A stretch of DNA of 64,000 nucleotides from Roseburia sp. (GCA_017937095.1 JAGBEG010000012.1:168101-232100), one strand, 5' to 3'; positions 7,875-18,499 are shown, numbered from the stretch's first letter. Notes: a model not told the origin generated them from the letters alone. Program-made: numbers and translations.

Positions 7875-8823
7875 CTAATTCCCTTCTTTCCACCACATCT
7901 AAAATGCCGTCTTTTAATTTCAATTCCTGATCAATCCGTTCCCTTTTTGTAAACGCAAGATTGTTTAAAAACCTATTGTAATACCAGACTTCCTCTCCAA
8001 AGGAAGATAGTTCTTTTACAAGACTCTCCCATTCGCTCTCTGGAACCCAATATGTTTCCGGGAAAGCTGCAACCTCGTGCACAGATAAAGGAATGACATA
8101 AAGATTGCTGCTTAATTCCAATGCGAGGTCTTTTAACGGTCCTTCCTCATAAAATAGCGTTCCCGTGCCAAAGCATCCCAGCTCAGTGCTGATGACATAT
8201 CCATCCATATCCAATATCCCCTGCACCCGCTCAATGCTATATGGGAAAAGTTCCGGCATAACCTTCAATGCCGCCTCAAATAGATCTGTCTCATTCTTCT
8301 GCCACTTTTTCATCAATTCCTGCGTAATGATCATGCTTTGCATATAATCTTCCTGCTTTTTGTCGTAATCCATCATCATCCCATATATCATGTACGCGTT
8401 ACCACAAATTCGTCCGGGGAAACACTCAATTTCCCCTCTCTGATACGGAATCAGCGCCATAAAGATTTTCCGGGCAGGAAAATCTTTTAATAAAGGCAGC
8501 ATCTTCTCCAGCTCCGCGGCTTCATTTTCCAAAGCTTCCTCATACCTTTCTATAAAATCTTTAAGGTACTCACACACAATCGGAGTAACGAACCTGCCGC
8601 CACACGCTTCATATAAATCATCTACATCTATATAAGGCAATTCTTTCACATGCTCCCTGCCATCCAAAAGGTGCATCCTATATGTTCCGGGTACATTATA
8701 ATCACAACGCAATTCATATCTGCCATCCGAATAACCGACAGCATAGGCGGCAGGAAGGCACATGCCACCCTTTGCCGCCAGTTCATCCACAAACCTTTTT
8801 CTTAAATTCTTCTCTTCCCTCAT
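7858..8823 (-). CDS. DUF5688-like hypothetical protein
   Basis: LYVIPLSVHEV motif recalled from this ICE-associated family. Confidence 0.55.
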   Translation of the reverse strand: MREEKNLRKRFVDELAAKGGMCLPAAYAVGYSDGRYELRCDYNVPGTYRMHLLDGREHVKELPYIDVDDLYEACGGRFVTPIVCEYLKDFIERYEEALENEAAELEKMLPLLKDFPARKIFMALIPYQRGEIECFPGRICGNAYMIYGMMMDYDKKQEDYMQSMIITQELMKKWQKNETDLFEAALKVMPELFPYSIERVQGILDMDGYVISTELGCFGTGTLFYEEGPLKDLALELSSNLYVIPLSVHEVAAFPETYWVPESEWESLVKELSSFGEEVWYYNRFLNNLAFTKRERIDQELKLKDGILDVVERRELDANIR

Positions 8824-8829
8824 ATGTTC

Positions 8830-10761
8830 TTACCAGCAATTTTGACAAAATACATGATCCCCTATTATGATAATCTCACTTTCTGAATTCCTTGCCCGGA
8901 TCCTCCGCCACTGCTCAGTTGCTCCCGCACTGCAGCCTGCCGGATTGCAATAGTATTTCATTCCTCCAATCGGGTTCGCTGCCGCTCCGCTATATGCATC
9001 CACCGCTGCCTGCCAACATGCATCCTGTGATCGCTGTGCATCCGTCATAGTCGTATATTCCTGCAGGTATTTTTCTACTGTGTGATACGGTATATAACAG
9101 GAGAATTGATAAGGAGCCGTCAATACGCCTTTAATGTTCCCGGATGCTCCGCCTGCTCGATTCAAAATAACATATGCAACCGCGACTTTTCCCTGGTACG
9201 GCTGATTTCCGGCTTCTGCTTTGATAAAACCTGCCATGTAGACAAGGTTCTCGTCTACTCCTTCCGGAATTACAAGATCTGAAATCGGAACAGACGTACC
9301 TGTTCCCGTAAATCCGCTGTCTCCTCCGGCTTCATTCTCTTTTGCGACCTGTTCTAACAGTGTTTTCAACAAATTCTGTTCCCCGCGTGTCAACTCCGAC
9401 AGATGCTCCGATTTCCACTGCTCGATAGACAGACAATAAACCGACATTTTTTCTGCCTCTGCTTCCCACTCCTCTCCTTCATCGTTCGTACCGCTTACTG
9501 TAATCTCTTCTTTTTCTGTATAATTGAACTGCTCAAATACAGCGGTAAGACGTTCCCTTTCTTTCGGTGTATCTACTAACAGATAAGCCGGATAGCCATC
9601 ATCCATCGACATCTCCCGGTACTCACTTGACATACAGATCTCTGCCAGATAGACCGCTATCACCTCCCGGGATTTTGAATTTTTCCCATATATGTATTCC
9701 ACCTGGTTATTCGCATCCAAATCTTCAAAAGTACTGATATCGCCATAAAACTCCACATACATTTCCTGCACAACATTCGTTATATTCTGCGGATTCTCCG
9801 TCACCTCATCCTCATCGAATAATCCTAGGAAAAATGCTATCGGACTTGTCAGAAAATAAATCAGGGCAAAAGCAGCAAGCATCAGCGGCACAGCCGGAAG
9901 AATGAAGGAAATGATTGCTCCCAGCAGCTTTAATAATGCCCTCTGAATCAGTATGCCTATATAATACAGAGGTTTCCTCAGCTCGTTCTTTAGCAGTTTC
10001 TCAGCCAATTTAAAATGACTGTTTGGATCCGTTTTTCCCGGCTCATGGATCAGCTCGTTTACCATGTATTTGCGCAATAATTCTCTTCTTGCATGATTCG
10101 AACCATTGGTTTTCTGTTCTTTTTCTTTCTTTGTTACGCCTGCACTTTTCTCCTTTCTTTGACGTTCCTTCTTTTGATCTCCGTCATTTTCGTCTTCCTT
10201 TCCTTTAGAAAAGATATTTCCTTCTTCATACCATGATTGCGACGCACCAAAGTCACCGGAGCTTTCCTTTCTGCGTTCCTCCTCTTCATATCGCCTTTCT
10301 TCCCAAAACTCCCGTTCCTCTTGTGAACAGATTTGGGGCTCATCGATTTGTTCGTCTTCAAATAATATCTGTGACATTTTCTGTTCCCGGGTCTTTACAC
10401 CGGAAATGTGGCTTTGCTCCCTGATGCCACACCACTTTATCATCGCCTCCCTGGTTACCTGATTAGATGTTGAAGAAGCTACCAGTGTTGTCGAAGTCGT
10501 CAGATACGTCGGATCAAATGCATAGTCAGAATATACCGCATCTTTTCTTTCCTCATTTTCCGGCTCATCTTTTATCCCCTCTGGCTCATTTATTCCCCCA
10601 TTCGGTGCGTTCTTTCCTTTGACGTCTTCACTTTTTGTTCGAAGCACCTTATCCGCCAGGCGCTGCCTGCCCATATCCTGCACTCTGTACCGCTCTGATC
10701 GTATAGGTTCCTTTCTCCCTATAATCTGCTTGTCTCTCTCATCCACAATACCCCGCTTCAT
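8830..10761 (-). CDS. Conjugative cell-wall hydrolase (VirB1 role) with C-terminal SleB/Hydrolase_2-type domain
   Basis: KAEAGNQPYQGKVAVAYVILNR...APYQFS...IGDHVF; central TM segment; follows virB4. Confidence 0.8.
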   Translation of the reverse strand: MKRGIVDERDKQIIGRKEPIRSERYRVQDMGRQRLADKVLRTKSEDVKGKNAPNGGINEPEGIKDEPENEERKDAVYSDYAFDPTYLTTSTTLVASSTSNQVTREAMIKWCGIREQSHISGVKTREQKMSQILFEDEQIDEPQICSQEEREFWEERRYEEEERRKESSGDFGASQSWYEEGNIFSKGKEDENDGDQKKERQRKEKSAGVTKKEKEQKTNGSNHARRELLRKYMVNELIHEPGKTDPNSHFKLAEKLLKNELRKPLYYIGILIQRALLKLLGAIISFILPAVPLMLAAFALIYFLTSPIAFFLGLFDEDEVTENPQNITNVVQEMYVEFYGDISTFEDLDANNQVEYIYGKNSKSREVIAVYLAEICMSSEYREMSMDDGYPAYLLVDTPKERERLTAVFEQFNYTEKEEITVSGTNDEGEEWEAEAEKMSVYCLSIEQWKSEHLSELTRGEQNLLKTLLEQVAKENEAGGDSGFTGTGTSVPISDLVIPEGVDENLVYMAGFIKAEAGNQPYQGKVAVAYVILNRAGGASGNIKGVLTAPYQFSCYIPYHTVEKYLQEYTTMTDAQRSQDACWQAAVDAYSGAAANPIGGMKYYCNPAGCSAGATEQWRRIRARNSESEIIIIGDHVFCQNCW

Positions 10762-13187
10762 AATATTGCTGTCTCTGCTTTCTTCTTTGCGGCTTTCTCG
10801 TGCATATTTGTGTTGTAGACATCGTAGACAGGATTATCCTTCGGAATTGTATTATCAAACGGTAAGATTGTCCCGCCAAAACGTATCAGCCCCGTCCCCG
10901 GCGCTGCATTTATCGTGTACTTGATCTGCGCTTCACTAAGCCCTTCCAGTGCTTTTCCAAGTGCAGCCGCATCCGGCGCCGCCTGCCGAAGAAGCATTGT
11001 ATATTCACTGTTGGATATCAAGGTAGAAGTGATTGGATCCTTTAATACGGTAACGACATTTTGCGTAATCCCAGTGCAAAGTCCTCCGAGCTTTCTTACC
11101 TGCGCCCAAAGCGATATAAAATAGTTTCTTGAAAACGGCTTCCCTATCAGAACATGGAACTCATCTACATATAACCATGTCGCTCTCCCCAGATAAAAAT
11201 TTCGGATAATCCGCATCCTGATATTTTCAAGCATAATAAGCATCGCAATCCCTTCAAGCTCTTCCCCCATGTCACGCATTCCATATACAAGGACACGATT
11301 ATCTACGTCAATGTTGGTCTGATGATTGAAGATATTTAGAGAACCATCTACAAAAATCTCCATAATCAACGCGATTCGTTTCGCTTCCGGTTCCTTCTGT
11401 CTGTTCAGTTCTTCGATAAAATTTGTCATGATGGGCTGTTCTCTCTCATCAACAGGCAGCATCGCAATTTTCTTATACATATCCCTGGTGCACCGGTCAA
11501 TAATAGATTTGTATTCCGGAGGCAACGCACCTTCCATTGCCTGTTCACAAATGCCGAGCATAAAACTGCATTTTTCTCTTACTTGTCCGCTTTTATCATC
11601 AAAATCAAGTGTCTCAAGATCCACCTCAAGCGGATTCATATACTGATTTGCATAGCTGGCAAGATTAATGACAGCTCCGCCGTATGCTTCCGCCACATCA
11701 AAATACTCCAGCGTCGGATCTACAAATATGATGTCATCCTCTGTATTTAAGAATACGCTTCCCGCCTCCATCTTACATCCGGTAAAACTCTTTCCCGCTC
11801 CCGGCACAGCAAAGACAAATCCATTCCCGTTCATCAGCTTCTTACGGTTTGCCCAGATCGGTTCCCTGGACACCTTATTGATTCCATAATAAAATGGCTG
11901 ATCCATCATCTGCATCTCCACCACATTAAACGGCACAAATGACGCCGCCGCGCTGGTAAAGAGAGCACGCATCATATCCACATATCTGCCGCCAATCGGC
12001 AATGCTGTCGCAAGCGCCTCCCGCTGTCTCATATAATACGGGAAAAGCCTGCATGTCGCCTTTTCCACTACCTGCGTCACTGCCGTTAATTCCTCATTCA
12101 GTTTTTCCTCATCGCCCGCAATGATTCCGACCGTAACGCCTACCCAGAACATCTTCTGGTCATTGTCACGCAGTTCGTCAAGCATATTCTCGAGTTCTTT
12201 CTTCTCCCGGCGCACCTTATACGAAATATCACTCGTGAATGCACCGTTCTTATTGCGCTTTTGCTGTTGCTTTGTGATCTTGTTCTCGACTCCCATCAGC
12301 TTATCTTCCAGTGTCTTGATTGCAACGTCCTGTGGAATTGGTTCGTAATCGATCGTATAAATGGATGGAATCGGAAGTTCCGTCAATTCTTTTAAGAAGG
12401 TATCCCGCATTGAGGTCGGGTATGATTCCGGATCCAGATAAAGCATTTTGCACACTTTATCATCCATGGAAAACTGATCGATCTCAGAATCGAAATCCAT
12501 TCTTGTATCTGCCAGAATGTCCTTTACACTGTGTAAGGCTGCAATCTCTTTTTCAATATTTATATCAGCTTCTTCCTGTCCCATATGATAGAAGTTCCAT
12601 AATACCTGAAGACGTTCGCTTCCATCCATTGGAATAAGTGCGGAAGAAAGCCCTACAAAGCTATTGACAAAGCTTTCCTCAAGCGAGGACAGATGCGCCC
12701 GCGCTGCCTCATAATCTTTACGCTTTACCGTAATCGTCAGAAACTTTTCCTGACGAATTCCCTGCCGACCTTCCGTAATCTTGCTCTCCATGATATCATT
12801 GTAAGCTTCTCTCAGCCAATCATAATCATCTGAGCGATATCGGTAAAATATCTTTTCCTTGATTTCCTTCATATTTCGGTTTCCATTGAATATGGTAAGC
12901 TTTACTGAAATATCAAAAGCATTCATATTTTTGCACCAATCGTAAAAGAAGGATAGCTGCTCATCATAGGTTTTCGTGGTATAGTTGACATCCAACAGAC
13001 GATAGGTTTTTGACCACTTTTCTTTCCCTACCTGGAAAATTCCGTTAGGTGCAATTCTTGCAAATTCAATCGTATCGCGCGTATTTTTAGGATGTTCTGC
13101 CATAAGCTTGTCCGGCTGTTTTAATTCCATGAATATCTTCTGTTTCGCTAAAGCGGGCGTTGCTTTTGGTATCCTGCCCTTTTTCAT
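10758..13187 (-). CDS. virB4: VirB4-like conjugation ATPase
   Basis: Walker A AVPGAGKS, YVDEFH, RKLGGLCTGITQN motifs. Confidence 0.9.
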   Translation of the reverse strand: MKKGRIPKATPALAKQKIFMELKQPDKLMAEHPKNTRDTIEFARIAPNGIFQVGKEKWSKTYRLLDVNYTTKTYDEQLSFFYDWCKNMNAFDISVKLTIFNGNRNMKEIKEKIFYRYRSDDYDWLREAYNDIMESKITEGRQGIRQEKFLTITVKRKDYEAARAHLSSLEESFVNSFVGLSSALIPMDGSERLQVLWNFYHMGQEEADINIEKEIAALHSVKDILADTRMDFDSEIDQFSMDDKVCKMLYLDPESYPTSMRDTFLKELTELPIPSIYTIDYEPIPQDVAIKTLEDKLMGVENKITKQQQKRNKNGAFTSDISYKVRREKKELENMLDELRDNDQKMFWVGVTVGIIAGDEEKLNEELTAVTQVVEKATCRLFPYYMRQREALATALPIGGRYVDMMRALFTSAAASFVPFNVVEMQMMDQPFYYGINKVSREPIWANRKKLMNGNGFVFAVPGAGKSFTGCKMEAGSVFLNTEDDIIFVDPTLEYFDVAEAYGGAVINLASYANQYMNPLEVDLETLDFDDKSGQVREKCSFMLGICEQAMEGALPPEYKSIIDRCTRDMYKKIAMLPVDEREQPIMTNFIEELNRQKEPEAKRIALIMEIFVDGSLNIFNHQTNIDVDNRVLVYGMRDMGEELEGIAMLIMLENIRMRIIRNFYLGRATWLYVDEFHVLIGKPFSRNYFISLWAQVRKLGGLCTGITQNVVTVLKDPITSTLISNSEYTMLLRQAAPDAAALGKALEGLSEAQIKYTINAAPGTGLIRFGGTILPFDNTIPKDNPVYDVYNTNMHEKAAKKKAETAIL

Positions 13188-14377
13188 TCCTCTGCCACCT
13201 CCTTCTTAAAAAATAGTTCCCTCATTTCTTCAATATCATAGGGCATTTCGTTTTGTTCATTGAAGCTTTCCTCAGGCTCAACCATTACCGCCACTTCTTC
13301 TGAAGCCAGAATGCTGTGATACCGCTTCTGTCTGCCCCCCATCAATCCAAATACCGCCAACGTTTTCTTCAATTCCACTACAGTACTTAACGTGGCAAGC
13401 GGCATAACCTCTGCAAGCAATCCCAACCGCCTGCTCTCTTCCATAAACACTGCGGTTATTTTTTCCATTTCCTCTTTATCCGCTGCAGCAAGCAAGAAAT
13501 ACACGCCGCAGCAAAGAAAGTTTTGTCCATCCTTCACCGCCTGCTCTTCCTGCATTAAAATGCTATGCAGTACCGGATTATTTCTCTTCAGCCGCGGCAT
13601 CACACTCTCAAGACCGACATATTCTGACCGGATAAAATCAGCCACTGCCTGATCGCTGACCGGTATTACAGAGACATATGCCGCTTTACTTCCCGCCTGA
13701 TCCAGCAATGTTTTTATAGCTCCGCATGCCGGTTTCGCCAGGAATCGGCGTACTGCAACTATTCTATAAATCCCTGCCTGTGTTTCTATCTCCCCATTAC
13801 CAGTCTCCATTCCGCTATATAGCGCAGCGTTCTTCCAAAGATCTGGCTGCAAGATGCAATTTTCCGGTTCGATTTTCTCCGAAAGAAACTTTCCTAAAAA
13901 GTCCCGATAATATGCTAACCTTCGTTCTGCATTCCACCCCTTCAACGCATACTCCTGCTCCAATGCTTCGAACCAGGCAACTGCCTCATTCATGCTTTTT
14001 CCTGCATAGTGCACAACCAGATAACTTTCGTTTTCCATGAAAAGGAAATCATACTCTATCTCTCTTCGTCTGAATTTTTTGCAAAATGCTCCTATATCCT
14101 TACACTCCTTGCAATCCGACAGCGGATATAACTTCGAGCAGCCGTTCTCCCCCATAACTACTCCGCTTTCAGATATCTCCGTATTGCCGATGGTCCTCTT
14201 CAGGAACGCCGGTACCCGGTATACCGGCTCGTGCTTATTTCTGGTTCGCCGAAACCGATCGCGTCTTGGCGTTCTTCTTTTTTTCTTTCCTTCTTTTGTC
14301 TCTTTTCGTCCGTTGCGTCTTAGCTGTTGAGCCATCCTTCTGTATGTCCTTTCTTTCTCCCGGCAACTTAGCCTCAT
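13184..14377 (-). CDS. Hypothetical protein resembling the N-terminal half of VirB4
   Basis: Several colinear segments align by eye with 10758-13187; no Walker motifs; true start probably near 14335. Confidence 0.55.
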   Translation of the reverse strand: MRLSCREKERTYRRMAQQLRRNGRKETKEGKKKRRTPRRDRFRRTRNKHEPVYRVPAFLKRTIGNTEISESGVVMGENGCSKLYPLSDCKECKDIGAFCKKFRRREIEYDFLFMENESYLVVHYAGKSMNEAVAWFEALEQEYALKGWNAERRLAYYRDFLGKFLSEKIEPENCILQPDLWKNAALYSGMETGNGEIETQAGIYRIVAVRRFLAKPACGAIKTLLDQAGSKAAYVSVIPVSDQAVADFIRSEYVGLESVMPRLKRNNPVLHSILMQEEQAVKDGQNFLCCGVYFLLAAADKEEMEKITAVFMEESRRLGLLAEVMPLATLSTVVELKKTLAVFGLMGGRQKRYHSILASEEVAVMVEPEESFNEQNEMPYDIEEMRELFFKKEVAEE

Positions 14378-14657
14378 ATGCTAATACATTTGTTCTTTTA
14401 TTACTCCCCCGAAACTGCTCCACCACTGTAAGTCCATGCTTCTTGCCGAGCACCGGCAGCATAATTGGCACACACACCGGAAGCGAAAGCCAGATGCTTA
14501 TTTCGATCGGCAAACCACAGACAAAGTGGAGCAGACACGTAATCGCTACCCCGCACATGATTGCGAAAAACGCTGCAAGCGTCTGCTTCGCATCCAGCCC
14601 GAAAGCCACCGGCTCGCGATACTGCTCGACATTTTGATTTATATTTATTGATAACAT
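14235..14657 (-). CDS. prgI: PrgI-family (VirB3-like) protein
   Basis: EQYREPVAFGLDAKQ then two TM helices; upstream of virB4. Confidence 0.75.
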   Translation of the reverse strand: MLSININQNVEQYREPVAFGLDAKQTLAAFFAIMCGVAITCLLHFVCGLPIEISIWLSLPVCVPIMLPVLGKKHGLTVVEQFRGSNKRTNVLAYEAKLPGERKDIQKDGSTAKTQRTKRDKRRKEKKKNAKTRSVSANQK

Positions 14658-14670
14658 TTTTCACTCCCTC

Positions 14671-15594
14671 TTATAATCCCAGTGCTTTCTGTGTAACCAT
14701 CTCAGAGCCTTTCACCAGCCCAAGTGTAAGCATAAAAATAAAGCTGCTCTCAATGATCCATCCCAATACATAAAATGCCCCTGACCATCCGTCTTTCAAG
14801 CCCAGAGTTCCACTGGAAAGCACCGCCGCTGACAGAGCCATCGCAAAATACATCGTGACCGCTTCCAGAATCGTTGCAAGCGCATATTTCCAAAAAGCCT
14901 CTGCCGAACGGTTTAACATATGATTTCCTGCAATCGTGCTGTTTGCCAATGACCCATATGGAACCAGCAGCATGATTTTAAAAAATCTCTGATATGCTTC
15001 ATATAGGATCATTGCCCCGCAGCCTGCCGCAATCAGCATAAACACAAATGCTGTGATATACAAAAGGACAGCAATTCCTAATCCCCCCAGACCACTCATC
15101 CCATTTCCCAGCGGGTCATTCGTAATCGCTGCAACTTCCTGCGGAATCGTACAATTTACGTTAAGATTTAAACCTGCGAATTTGCTGATAACCCCTGTTC
15201 CCAATGCAAAAAGCTGCCGGACGATCGTAAGCGAGTTTATTACGAAAAACTCTGCCAGCATCAGCTTTAGGAACATCCTGAGAATATTCTCCAGACGGAA
15301 ATCCTGCTTGATGTCAACACTGTCTGCACAAAACCCCATCAGGAAAAATATTAATACCAGCACTGCTCCGATGCTTAAAAACACGGTATTCACATTTGTT
15401 ACAAGCTGCCATCCGCTGCTGTTAAAGGCTGTCGGATCCTGTCCCAGCATTCCTGCCGCCATCTGCGCCTGTTTATTATAGATGGATATAGAAAACGATA
15501 AATATTCATAGAGATTCGACATCCACCCTTCAATCCAGTCATCAAACATCTTTTCCTCCGTCCCCTCTGAAAAACTAGAATCCAAGGACTCCAA
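14671..15594 (-). CDS. VirB6-like polytopic T4SS membrane protein
   Basis: Multiple TM helices; position between the VirB2-like gene and prgI. Confidence 0.7.
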   Translation of the reverse strand: MESLDSSFSEGTEEKMFDDWIEGWMSNLYEYLSFSISIYNKQAQMAAGMLGQDPTAFNSSGWQLVTNVNTVFLSIGAVLVLIFFLMGFCADSVDIKQDFRLENILRMFLKLMLAEFFVINSLTIVRQLFALGTGVISKFAGLNLNVNCTIPQEVAAITNDPLGNGMSGLGGLGIAVLLYITAFVFMLIAAGCGAMILYEAYQRFFKIMLLVPYGSLANSTIAGNHMLNRSAEAFWKYALATILEAVTMYFAMALSAAVLSSGTLGLKDGWSGAFYVLGWIIESSFIFMLTLGLVKGSEMVTQKALGL

Positions 15595-15955
15595 GAATCA
15601 CACTGATAAATGCCATAACAGCGCCTGCCGCAATCCCTTTTGCCCCATCATACATTCCGTGGGAATCCTGCTGCTGATATGCAACAGCCGTATCTGAAAT
15701 ACCCTTTGCTAAAATAATGACGCCGATTACGGCTATCAGACCAATAAATATCGCCTTGATAATAGCAAATGCATTATCAAGCTCCGGTATTCCAGTGGAA
15801 GTCTGCATTCCTCCGCCGGAAGTACCATTTGCCAACACTTTCGTGGTTCCGTTAAATACGAACAGTATCATTCCGCTAAGTACTGTCATAAGTTTTTCCT
15901 TCTTATTCCTTGGTTTTTTCATCATTTCTTCCTCCTTCTTGATGCTTTGCATCAT
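15575..15955 (-). CDS. VirB2/Maff2-like small two-TM T4SS protein
   Basis: Signal-like N-terminus; two TM helices flanking AYQQQDSHGM. Confidence 0.65.
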   Translation of the reverse strand: MMQSIKKEEEMMKKPRNKKEKLMTVLSGMILFVFNGTTKVLANGTSGGGMQTSTGIPELDNAFAIIKAIFIGLIAVIGVIILAKGISDTAVAYQQQDSHGMYDGAKGIAAGAVMAFISVILGVLGF

Positions 15956-15966
15956 CCTGATTTTCT

Positions 15967-16047
15967 ATCATACAGATAATCGTTTTTTATTTCATCAGCT
16001 TATAAGAAAAGTTTTTCGTTGCTTTTTTTCTTTTAGGAAAAGGTCAC
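15967..16047 (-). promoter_or_regulatory. Conserved transfer-operon promoter, copy B (virB operon)
   Basis: -10 TATGAT (15967-15972); box AAGAAAAGTTTT at 16004 and TTTCTTTTAGGAAAAGGTCA. Confidence 0.7.
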
Positions 16048-18068
16048 AGCATATATTCCGCCAAAAGTTCTACCGTCTCCAGATCCATCTGACAATCAAA
16101 AGTGCCAAGTATCTCCTCTGTTGTCATTCTCATTTTTTCTGCCAACTGCAGAATGCACTTCATCTGAGGCTCCTTAAATCCAGCTTTCTTTAATTTTGCG
16201 AAGGTAATTGCCTGCTCCGGCGTCTTTAAATCTCTGATGTTCACATGAAGCTTTTCCTGCTCCTGTCTCTCGAGTTCTTCCTTTCGCAGTTGTTCCTCAA
16301 GTTCCTCTCTGGTTTTATTCAGCAGCTCCTCATCCAAAAACATGATGCTCTCCGGATCTTCGTCAAGCTTCTCGACCAATTTACCGAGTTCCTCGAAAGT
16401 CATATGAAAAATATGGCGCTCCGGCTTTTCCGGCATATCTTCCCCAAGCAGTTCCGCTATCTTCGCCTCGTCCTTATAACGAGTCATCTCTTTCTTATCC
16501 ATAAGTTCCAGATGCGTCAGTTCTGCCTCATCTACAAATCCTGTTCTGGCACGCATTTTCCCGACTCTCCTTCTCCTTAAACGCTCGATTCTTGCATCAA
16601 ACAGTTCTCCCTTCGCTGCTTCACACATCTGATTCCAGCAAGGATGCTTTCTTGTTTCAATCTTTTGATCCAATATCGGATCAAATCCCCGGATAAAAAT
16701 GATGCATTTTTTCCCTTCGAGTTTCCGCAGTTCATCGGGAAACATCAGTTCTCTTCCGACCACATCATAATTTCTGGACGAGCTGCCTTGTTTTCCGAGT
16801 GTCTCACCATTGCTTCGCTTGTCGATGGTCGCCTTCCCCATCAATTCACTCAGTTCTTTTTGCGTATCAGGACCATTACCACCCAGATATACCCATGTAT
16901 CACAATTCGCCAGCAATTTCTGATGTGCACCATCCTTGTAACGCGTCTTGATCTGGCTCATGTCCTGAATGATAATAATAGAGCTTATATTTCTGCTTCG
17001 CATAGTAGACAGCAGTGACAAAAAGTTCTCCGGAAGTGCAATATTGTCAAATTCATCCAGCATAAATGTCACAGATACAGGCAGTGAACCTCCATGTACA
17101 AAGTCCGCTTCATAATAAAATTGCTGGAACATGATGTTATACATCATTCCAATCAGGAAATTGTAGGTCGTATCATTATCTGGAATCACGCAGTAGATTG
17201 CTGTCTTTCTCGTCCCGATCAACGGAATATCAATCTCATCATCATCTAAAATAGAAAGTATTGCCTCCGTCTCAACCGGCGCCAGACGTGCATTCATGGA
17301 AATAATGATCGAACGCACCGTATCTGCTGCGCCGCGCATGACTTTGTTATAATTAAGCACTGCCTTATGATTCGGACTTCTCTTCTCGAGATCTTTCATA
17401 ATGACATCAAGCGTGGAATCCAGCTTTGCACCTGTCTTAGGATCTTCCTTGAATTCTGCAAATTTCAGAAGTTCCATGACTGCACGCACATTATGTACCT
17501 TCGGAACTGCCGGATCATGAATCGCCGCAAGAATCCGCTCCCTGTCATCCTCTCCGGATGGCTTCTTATACTCCCAGATATGCTCTGGCACTCCCTCAAG
17601 CCAGACATAGTAGAAAAGAGCCTGCAAGCCTATTCCTTCTGCCTTTTCCCAGAATGGGTCGTTTGTCGTAGATCCTTCCGGTGTCGTGTTTTTAATCAGA
17701 TTGGTAATCAGCTTTAAGACATCTACCTCACTGCGCACGTATCGGAACGGATTAAAGTGGGAGGATTTTACCATCTGTTCTTCATCCAGAAGATTTAGGA
17801 CCTTGATGTCATACCCATTTTGCTTTAGGAATCCGGAAGTATCACGATACAATTCACCTTTTGGATCCGTGATAATATAAGAACCCGTCATCTGCATCAA
17901 CTGCGGTTTTACAAATCGGTACGTCTTTCCGGCACCACTTCCGCCGATAACCAGAATGTTGTTATTGAGATCTGTGTGTCTCGAATTCATAGACATCTGT
18001 ATGTTTTGAGATAATATGCGATTTCTTGTATTCACAAGATATGCATTTCTCATTGCTCTCGCTGTCAT
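16044..18068 (-). CDS. virD4: VirD4/TraG coupling protein, cytoplasmic ATPase part
   Basis: GGSGAGKT, TDPKGEL, DPFWE, FMLDEF, IIIQDMSQ motifs; no N-terminal TM. Confidence 0.9.
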   Translation of the reverse strand: MTARAMRNAYLVNTRNRILSQNIQMSMNSRHTDLNNNILVIGGSGAGKTYRFVKPQLMQMTGSYIITDPKGELYRDTSGFLKQNGYDIKVLNLLDEEQMVKSSHFNPFRYVRSEVDVLKLITNLIKNTTPEGSTTNDPFWEKAEGIGLQALFYYVWLEGVPEHIWEYKKPSGEDDRERILAAIHDPAVPKVHNVRAVMELLKFAEFKEDPKTGAKLDSTLDVIMKDLEKRSPNHKAVLNYNKVMRGAADTVRSIIISMNARLAPVETEAILSILDDDEIDIPLIGTRKTAIYCVIPDNDTTYNFLIGMMYNIMFQQFYYEADFVHGGSLPVSVTFMLDEFDNIALPENFLSLLSTMRSRNISSIIIIQDMSQIKTRYKDGAHQKLLANCDTWVYLGGNGPDTQKELSELMGKATIDKRSNGETLGKQGSSSRNYDVVGRELMFPDELRKLEGKKCIIFIRGFDPILDQKIETRKHPCWNQMCEAAKGELFDARIERLRRRRVGKMRARTGFVDEAELTHLELMDKKEMTRYKDEAKIAELLGEDMPEKPERHIFHMTFEELGKLVEKLDEDPESIMFLDEELLNKTREELEEQLRKEELERQEQEKLHVNIRDLKTPEQAITFAKLKKAGFKEPQMKCILQLAEKMRMTTEEILGTFDCQMDLETVELLAEYML

Positions 18069-18499
18069 ACCACTTTACTCCTCCGTTTCCAGGACCAGAT
18101 TTTCCAACGGATTCCCAACCATAGACTTCTTTTCGGAATCACAACATTTGCTGGATCTGTCGGATCATTACTTAAATCTGCCAGCTTTTTGTTCACCTTT
18201 TTTACGTCCGCATACTTTGCTGACCCCATCTCTCGTCCCGGCAGATAGTTCTTCCTGCTGGTGACATACATCAGCACCAATAACACATACGCAAACAAAA
18301 ATACCAACACTGTTTTTAACGTATAAGCATTCAGGTAATTCCGGAATGGTTCTTCCAATACCTTCCGCAACCGCTCCTGCCACTGAAAAATCGTTTCCCC
18401 ATGGTGCATTGCCGCAGCGCAATAATAGGCAGCAACAATAGTGCATATAGCACCAATCGCAATCATTACGGGAGAATATGTTCTTTTCCTTGGTCGCAC
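18065..18499 (-). CDS. Separately encoded VirD4 N-terminal membrane anchor-like protein
   Basis: Two TM helices and GREMGSAKY motif; ATGA overlap with virD4. Confidence 0.65.
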   Translation of the reverse strand: MRPRKRTYSPVMIAIGAICTIVAAYYCAAAMHHGETIFQWQERLRKVLEEPFRNYLNAYTLKTVLVFLFAYVLLVLMYVTSRKNYLPGREMGSAKYADVKKVNKKLADLSNDPTDPANVVIPKRSLWLGIRWKIWSWKRRSKVV

